A program made the translations under genes and the position numbers. From NCBI GenBank assembly GCA_012026655.1, contig JAAILG010002328.1, positions 1-55,561 on the forward strand: 55,561 bases of DNA, read 5' to 3'. Below, in pieces: positions 39,201-48,200 of the stretch. The DNA comes from Hydrolagus affinis (Eukaryota). The notes beneath the pieces were generated by a model. The model searched no databases. It saw only the letters and a program-made list of their open reading frames with translations, and was not told where the DNA came from. Positions within the stretch are counted from its first letter, which is position 1, and each line of letters starts with the position of its first letter.

Positions 39201-42200
39201 GCAATTCATTGTTGAAGTGACCTGAAGGAGGTAGTTTCAGGAGTAGCTTGACTTGTCTATTGCATTCATAAATAATGCAATAGATTAAAAAATTGAAATT
39301 GGGCGCTGTGCCACTCATGGTCCTTTGAAGACTTTGGAATTGCTAAAGAACTTTCAAAGGACTGTGTCTTTAAATGTTTAAAGTTGTAAGTGCAACGGCT
39401 CATTAATAACATTAAAACAGTAACTTCTGGTTGGGCATTCTGTATATACCTTAAGATGTGCATGACTAAAATTTCAACATCATTATTGAGGGTATCTTTA
39501 AAAAGTGAGTCTTCATTTTCTCACGTTTTAAACCAAAGTTAAACTAATACTGTATTAAAAGTTTCTTATGCATCAGGAACAACCATAGTAATTTAATATA
39601 ACTCAAACTACACAAGTATTAATAATAATAATCCTTCCATTCGATAGAGCACTCTTCACATTTTACTGATGTCTCGCAGCGCTTCACAGAATATACTGTA
39701 AAGGGAATTGACTGTATATTTGGGCAAAACTCGGCAGCCAATTGCGCACAGCAGTGTCCCACAAACAGTCGTGGATTGAAAATGAACAATTTTTATTATT
39801 TTAGGGTTTTTTGGGTAGGAGGGTGGCAGAGGGCACGGTCAAAGAGGAAGTTCTGGAGACAGGCCTTGAAGGAAAAAAGTGAGGGATGGAGGCGGAGAGA
39901 CTAAAATGTGATTGATCCGTTTGGGTTTGGAGAATCTTAATACCCTAAACATTCTCTTAATTGAATGCTTTTAACTGTTTAAAAAAAAAGCATTTTAATT
40001 TATTCTTGCCAGACCTTTCATCGCTGATCCTTTCTTATTCTTCCAACTGGTGACATGATCTTTCCCATGCCACCATCAATGGGTGATCCTTCAACTACTT
40101 TGCCTCCAGCCTCTGGAACTCCCACTCTTCGTTCTCTCTTTATCTTAAATCCCGAGTTCTTTAACCACGCCTTCAGTCTACGACCATAAAGAGATCTTGA
40201 CATTTCAATGGTGACTCACAAAGCCCAAAGTGGTTTATTTTATAATTTATCTTAAGCTTGCTTCTTTTCACCTAGAACATAACCAAACACCTTCATCAGT
40301 TATTTTGCCGTTTTCTAATGGGATTTCTCTATCGGACTAGTGTTGTACTAAATTAACATTTTTTTTTATATACGTTTACTGCCAGTAATAAAAAAAAATG
40401 TGTTCCTTTTTTATAGGCTTATCTGTAGTATTGTCATGTCGCATGAAGGTCTGTGATGCTCTGCAGAGCTGCTAATTTAATCCTTCGTTGGCATCAATAC
40501 GTATGTAGGTTTCAGGAAAAGCTTGGCACGTCTCCACATTAAAATTTTAACTACCTGGATGTGCAGAAAGTTGGCACATCTATATGGCATTCTGTGGGGA
40601 GGGAAAAAACGAGCATGAAAAGATGTGGCTCCTTAGGTGGGAACATACCTTGGATATGCTTGAGCCAAATCCAAGAAAATTCTACGAGTTTTTTTTTGCC
40701 AATGTGATGTTTGTGATACTGAGACTGTTAATGTGTTTGTTTCTAGATTAGGCAGCGGGTGCATCAGATCTTGAATATGCGAGGTGGTTCCACTAAAGTG
40801 GTTAGACACATCATGAGAGGTAAGTTATGGCTGCATTTGATTAATCGACTTTGAAGCATTTAGTGCCAGGTTGTGTCAACACAGCACTAATATGTAAACG
40901 TTCTATTCCAGCAAAAGAGTAACAGCACCCTGTGTTTGCAACCAGCTTTACACAAATGAATTACAGTTGAATCGCATAATGCAGCAGATTTGCACAAACT
41001 TCCTCAGTCTTCTGACTTCCTATTGTTCTATTCTATTCTGTTTAATTTGGGGGGGATCATCCGGGCACTGACACGTGAGCACACTGAGAATGTGCCTGAC
41101 ACCTACACATGAAAATTCCCATGTTTGGGGTAGAATACACATTCCCTGGAGGAACGCATCCTTATTACCCAATTATGGAGATATTAGCTGCGAGTTGGTA
41201 AGACCCAAAGCTTGGGGAACCCAGGGTGTGCATCGGGGATAGTGTTAAAACCTCCCGCTCCATTATGTACAACAATTTAGAACAGTATTATATAAATTGG
41301 TAAAACTTCCCCCATTGAGAAACGGTGGTTATGAGTTATGTGAAAGGCATTATACAAATGTAATTTTGTTGTCGTTGTTTGTGCAAGCCAGTCTGCACGC
41401 ATATTGTGGCTAGATAATGTAGATTGTACGCAGTCAAGCAAATGTGTTTGTGTTTGGGAGTCCCTCCACCATGTGCCCTACCTCCCCATCTTCAAAACTC
41501 ACCTTGAGACATATTTTCGACTGAACTATTAGCCCCCTCCCCTCCAGCTCAAGCTGAGCCAGCTGTGTGAAGTACTTTGAGAGATCCTCCCAACGTGATA
41601 TAAATGTAAATTATAATTGTTGAGAAGATTTAAGAATTTTATTCAGTTGTGAAATTATACCACTAAGCAATCAGAAGGCACTTAGTGACATTACTGATCA
41701 CTGATGCTTATCATTTGTGAAAAAAAATTAGAACCTGTGGTTCAGAATTCTTTACAAAAAATGAGTAAATTTGTACATGTTTTTAATTAAACCCATTTTC
41801 TTCCAGAAAGATGAGAATTTATCTAGTGCATTCCCCATAAACTATTGCCAAGACTTTTTTTTTGAAAGAAAAGTGATTCTTCTCTTTCGAGGCCATTCTT
41901 TAAGTCAGGGTAGTCTAACCTTTTGGTTGCTGAGGGTCGGAGGGTATTTTTATGTTTCCCATCCAGAAACATAACATTTAAAGGCGATGGAAGAAGCAGG
42001 TGGACCAGATAAAATGGGATGTGGTGGGCGGGAGGGTGGCGCCAGCTTTAAATCATTGTGGGAATACGCTTCTCAACAAATGTTAAAACATTAAAATTTT
42101 AATGTTACTGCTGCAGTCATGGTGCATGTGTGTTTGTAACTAAGCAACAAGCCTGCTACAACACATTTAAGTTTTTGAAGTGGAACGCTTTGGAAAATTA

Positions 42201-45200
42201 ATATACCCCTTTTCCTCAATATGATTCCTTGGAATTCCTTCCCTCTACTTTATGGGAGGGGTTATATAGCTTCAACAACATAAACATTGTTCATTCAGTA
42301 CTGGAGCAATTCTAAAAAAGTGTTTTAATCTTCAATTATATCAGCAGAAATGGATGCCTCCTCCTCGCATAGCATTGTCCTTCATGGAAGACAAAATTTG
42401 TCAAACACAGCAAAAAATCATATATAAACAGCCCACACTGGGACCTCATTCAGCTCCATAAGCTTATTTACTGGAATGTTCTTATTATTACTGCATGCAA
42501 ATAGTTGCTTGCGGTTTTATATTACACACGTTTGGGCTAATTTTCCCGTGACTGTGACAGTCTTTGGGCCCGAGGGGACTGTATAATGATGGAGATGCAG
42601 CTGAAGAATAGTAGATTGTGGGTTCATTAACTGCATATTCGCAGCCTAATAAGTTTGTTTTTGTTTTATTACGTTCCTCAAGCTATGTGTGAAGTTATAC
42701 TCCCATGACAAATGTGTTGAAATCAGCTGTAAAGCAGACCCCACTCAGTTCTCATTCTAGTACAGAAGTGGTTCATTTCAGTATGAGCTATGCTCTCCAA
42801 GGAGCAGGCCTGTATCAGCAGTGGAAACTGCATCTATAACAAGGCAAGGATTTCTGAATGTCATCGCTGGAAATAACTGTTTAAACAGGCCTTGGAAGGA
42901 CATTGCAATTCGTGTGCAAATCATTAAGGGTTTTCCATCGAGTTAATCAACAAATAATAATATTTAACAAAATTATACCTGTCGCAAACACCCCCATCAG
43001 CCAATTTATATAGTCTGGCATACAAGCAGTAGGGAGCACGTCTCTCAATTGTGCTACAAGTATAAACTGTGGGATGTTGATTCCCTCACTTACGTTGATA
43101 TCTAGGGCTTTGGATACCTCTTGGCTTTGATGCCATTGTCTTAAAAATGTTAAGAAACAACAGAATTCTTTAGTATTCTTAAATCGTGTCTTAGTTTGGA
43201 AATCTATTGTATTTAAGAGCTATGGAAAAGCAGCTTCATAATTCAGATTTAATTATCTGTTTCAAAATTCTGCACGGTTTTAGAGGAGTTTATGGCCTCC
43301 AGTGCCTTAATTGAGACACAGGAAAATATGTTGCAAATTTCTAATATGTATGGAAGGGGATACAAACATTGGTTTGAGAAAAGCAGTGATGGTATCTGGA
43401 ATACTTATTTGTGTTGTAAGTTGCCTGCCATTTTTTTTAACTGCTGTGTGTTCAAATTAGTACTCTAGTGAGGCCTGCTCTACACATAGCTACAGTACAA
43501 TGAGGAATATTTGGATTTAGAAATAAATACTGGGCAGGCTCGAGTGGAATTCTTGCTTGAATCTGATCTTTTTGCCACTTTAAACTGGGTAAATCATTTG
43601 ATTCTACATTGCTTAGAAAGGCTGTATCTATCATTCTCTCTTGAGTGGGAAATCTGCCTTGTTTGACTTGTCCTACTTGCCACCTAGGAGTTGATGACAT
43701 CTCAGCATTGCTATGATTGAAGACAAATTTAGTACCAGCGCTGTTCCACACTGAAGGGGGTTGTGCATTGACTGGTTGGCTGCAATGGATGGAAAAATGG
43801 TGATGCTCTGGGGGAGTAAATTGCTAAGGAACTTTCTCAGATGCTGCCAAGCAGATAGTTGTTCATGTTGTGACAGATCAATTTGTGTCAGTTACTTTAA
43901 GAATCTAATCACACTATAGGACAGAAATTCAAATCAGAGTTGAGCTGGTTGAACGTGGCTCCAGAAAATAGTTCTTCACACAAATTGCGATGAGAATGTG
44001 TAATAGTTGGCTTTAAGATGCAGAATCAATTGAAGAATTTAAGTCAGAGTGTTAAGGATATAGAAAAGAAATTGAGGAAAGGGGATTAGACAGGAGCTGC
44101 CATGAATTAATAAAATGTGAAGAAGATTTGATGGGTCCAATGACTAGGTTCTGTGAGCATTGTCCTGCTCACAGAACTGACTATCTTGTTGGTCAAATGT
44201 GGGATAGCATTGATGGTGGCAGTGAGGAAATCCTGTGACTACCAAATTGATTGGATGAAGAGACATTGGTCAAGGCAACTGGAGGAAGCTAAAGGGGGGG
44301 TGGGGGAGAAGGAAAAAAAATGAATGGCACATCTAAATTGTTCAGGAAATTGCCAATGACACTGATCAAACTTTTGCAAAAGCTTAACTAAATGTGCATA
44401 TAGAAAAAGTAAAAACTTTGCTGATGATAATAATGATCCTTGCATTTGACAGAGCTCCTTATCGAGTCTTAAAGGCATCTGGAAGTGCTGCACAGAATAC
44501 CCTGAAAAGTGAATTGACTCTATATTTTGTGGGCAAAATTATGACTATAGTTGCAACAAAAGTGGGTGTAAATAGTCCAATTTAATCACTTTAATTGTTG
44601 TACATTAAAACGCTTGAGTTGTGCCCAGGGGAAAAAGGGATGTGCATATCACTCATCAACGTACGGCACAGTTCCTTGGCAATCAGCACTTTTTTTTCTT
44701 TGAGAGCAGTTTTTGGGGCTTTAAAAAACACATGATTTTATTTTACTGGCCCAGGGCTGTCATGACATTATAATTTTGCAGCCAATAAAAAATTAATGGC
44801 TTGTTAACCAGGTGGTCTGTCAAACTCTCATGTCTAATCGTGTGTCTCAAGCAGGAAGTGAATGAATGGGAACGCATCTCAAATGTGCCGAAGTAAAGAT
44901 TTTTTCATGCTTTTTAAAGCGAACTAATAAAAGTGGCATATAGTCAAGGGATCTGGTTTTTGACACCATTATTATTGGGTACTCCTCCCTGAGGAAGAAG
45001 GACAATGCAACTTCTTCGCCACCACTTTAGTCCTCAAGGAAAACTACTGTTATATCACCATCATTCCAGGCATTTTCAATTCCATTTCAAAGGTTGTAGG
45101 AATCATTACAGAGTATTCCTTTCAATTGCCTGTGTATTAACAAAAATGGACCTATCCATACTGGTGGATTTGAGTGAAGAATTTGAGCAGGTTGCTCGGC

Positions 45201-48200
45201 TGCCATCTTAAGTGCAGTTGCTGCATTATCGGGGAAATCAAATGATTTAAAGTAAAGTTACATTTTCTATCAGAAGAAACAATTGGATCTTATACTGATG
45301 GATTTTAGTAAGATTTCCAGTGTCAAATGATTGCAGTGTTGCAAAAGCCAAAGGAAATGTCACATCTTGTTTCAGGTTGAGTTGAGTAAATGATGAGTAC
45401 TGCACTTCACTTTCCTGTATCGTGAAATTCTACGACCGCTTGGCTGAATTTGTTTACCCAAATTTGCATTGAATGTATTGTGTGTGCATAAAACAAATAG
45501 CCACGGCAAATGCAGAGAGACATTGGCATTTGTAAAAAAAAAAAAAAAATATGTATTGGGACATTACTTAAATGGGAAGTGTTTCAGTGCAATGTCATTT
45601 GCTATTTACAAAATGCTAGTCTTGAATTTGAATACAAATTGATATTTAGGTAGCGAGGAGTTTTGAAACAACATAGCTCCTGTGGCTTAGTGGTTAGAGC
45701 ACTTATCTTGCAAGCTGGGGAGATCAAGCTGGGAAGACCTGTGTTCGAATCCAGGAAGGTCAGGGCGAAACCTTGGGCAAGTTTCCTTACTCCACACGCC
45801 TAATAATAATCCCTCCAAAATAACCCACACTAATAAAATCGGTCATTTCAATCCACGACTGTTTGTGGGACACTGCTGTGTGCAATTGGCTGCCGCAATT
45901 CGCCCATAAATATACAGTCAATCCACTTTACAGTATATTCTGTGAAGCGCTTTGAGACGTCGATAAGACGTGAAAAGCGCTATATCAAATGCAAGGATTA
46001 TTATTATTATAATTTCAGATCACTAAACTAACAGATTTCCTGCTAACACCTTTATTCCTCTGACGGTTTCCTATTTGATTTTCTCCATTTACCAGAACAT
46101 GTTGTTTATTAGTCTTTCAGTTATTCTCGAGGTAGAATAGTCCAGGTCTTCAATGGACAGACCAGAAAGTTAACAAGGATAATTCTGAGCCTATTAAATC
46201 AAAGACATTGGTGTGGTGTGCTGTAGACTCTGAACCAAGAATGCCCCAAAAGAGAACTGGGGAAAAGTGGAAAACTGTAGATTTTCAGCTGAGCCAGCAC
46301 ATTGCCAGAATTCTTTCATGTTTAATCCATTTGGCCCAAAGTCAGAGCAATTTTGTAAATGGTACTTGATAGTTTTCCAGGTAGTTTTGAAGCTGAATGT
46401 CAAGAGTATTTGCAAAACCTGCTATTCGGACGAGTTGGGAAATGCTTTGTTATTTTTATTTCTGTAGATCTGTTTGATGTATCTTAAATGAGTGCTTATA
46501 TATAAAACTGATTTTGTTTTCTAAAATGAGATGCTGGAACTACACAACAGGTCAGTGGACATCCAAAAGAGGAAGGCAGCTATCATTCTGGGCACGACCC
46601 TTAAGACAACAGAACAGATTTTGATGAAGAAAACCTATCCTTTCAGATGCTGAGTGACTTGTTATTTAGTTCCTGGACCTAGTGTTTGTTCCCAAATTAT
46701 TATTTTTTTCCTTTGAGATAATACTTATTCTATTATTTGGAGCTTTTATATAATTGAACTAATTCCTGACTAAGCAACAATTAGCTCAATGTATAGAATC
46801 CCAAAACAATAGCGTGGCTAGTTTTCTTCACGTTGTATGACCACTTCATATCCATTTGGGCAGCTTTGAGCACTATTATCTATTATCGCCTTGGTACATT
46901 CTGTGTTAAAACATTTTTATAATAAATTACATAATATTTCCTAAATTCGTATGTCTACCTTGTATCTACGCTCTTGACTATAATCACATTATGTTTAAGC
47001 CACTGAAAATTTACAAATTATACTGTCTAACAAAGAGGAATGTATCAATGTGGAAGAGCCAACCATGCCTCACCTGACCTGTCCCCAAAGGTAAAAAAAA
47101 AATTCAGTCACTCAATCCACGACTATTTGTGGGACGCTGCTGTGCAAAATTGGCTGCCATGTATTGTCCACAAAATATAGTCAATTCTCTTTGCAGTATA
47201 TTCTGTGCTTTGAGATGCCTCGAATGCAAGGATTAGTAGTATTGTTATGTTTAATCTTAGGATGTGTAATCATGCGATCCATTAATACTCTACAGAATTT
47301 CAGGTGATTTTTATTGAAACAAAAATAAGCACAATCGAATAGTTCATCACTTGACAGATCTACCCATTAAATACCATTGCAAATGGATACCTAATTAGAT
47401 ATAAAAGACTGTAGTGTGTTAGAAGACAGTAATGCATCAAGAAATTAAAATGACGTAAAATGTGTTTTCTCCTTTGAGCTACTCTCCTGCCTGCTGTTTT
47501 ATATGGTAAATGCTGATGGAGGATGGTTTGATTCAATTTTTGCTAAGTATATTTTGCTTGCACCACTTACCCTGGACAGTGATAGATAACCCCATTCTGT
47601 GATTGAATGAAATCATTTGAACTGTATTGCTGTTCTATCACTTGACTTGAATTGCAACAATATCTATCCCGTCTGTCAGTTTTTCTCAGATTTTTGCTGG
47701 TGTTTGGTGTAGGGTTCCCTGCCTAGATTGAGACGTTAGAAGCGTTATAGTTATCGTGCCAAGAAATATGATTATATTGTAACAGCAATCATTGTTGACT
47801 CTTTATCTCTAGCCCTGTTGCATAGCCATTTCTAACACAGACTTTGTAGAACAATTCTTGCTGCCTTAGTTACTTGGCTCTCATTTATCTGGTTCTGGTT
47901 CATTGACCAATCCCACTTTACTTCCTGCAAAAGATTTGGAAGTAGGTCTTCCTTGTAAGATGTGGAATCCTGCAGAGTATTGGTTATAGAACTCGCCTCA
48001 CAAGCGAGAGGACCTAGGTTCAATTGCCAGGCAAGACGAAGCCTTAGACAAGTTTCCTTCCTTCACTCGGCTCTGTTTACCTAGCAGTAATTACAAACTT
48101 GGTAGCTCGTCGATTGGTGTGTCGTTTTTCTGGGGGTAACATGTGTTCAAATATATATATTTTGAAATAATTTGGTCACTCGAACCACAACTGTTTGTGC

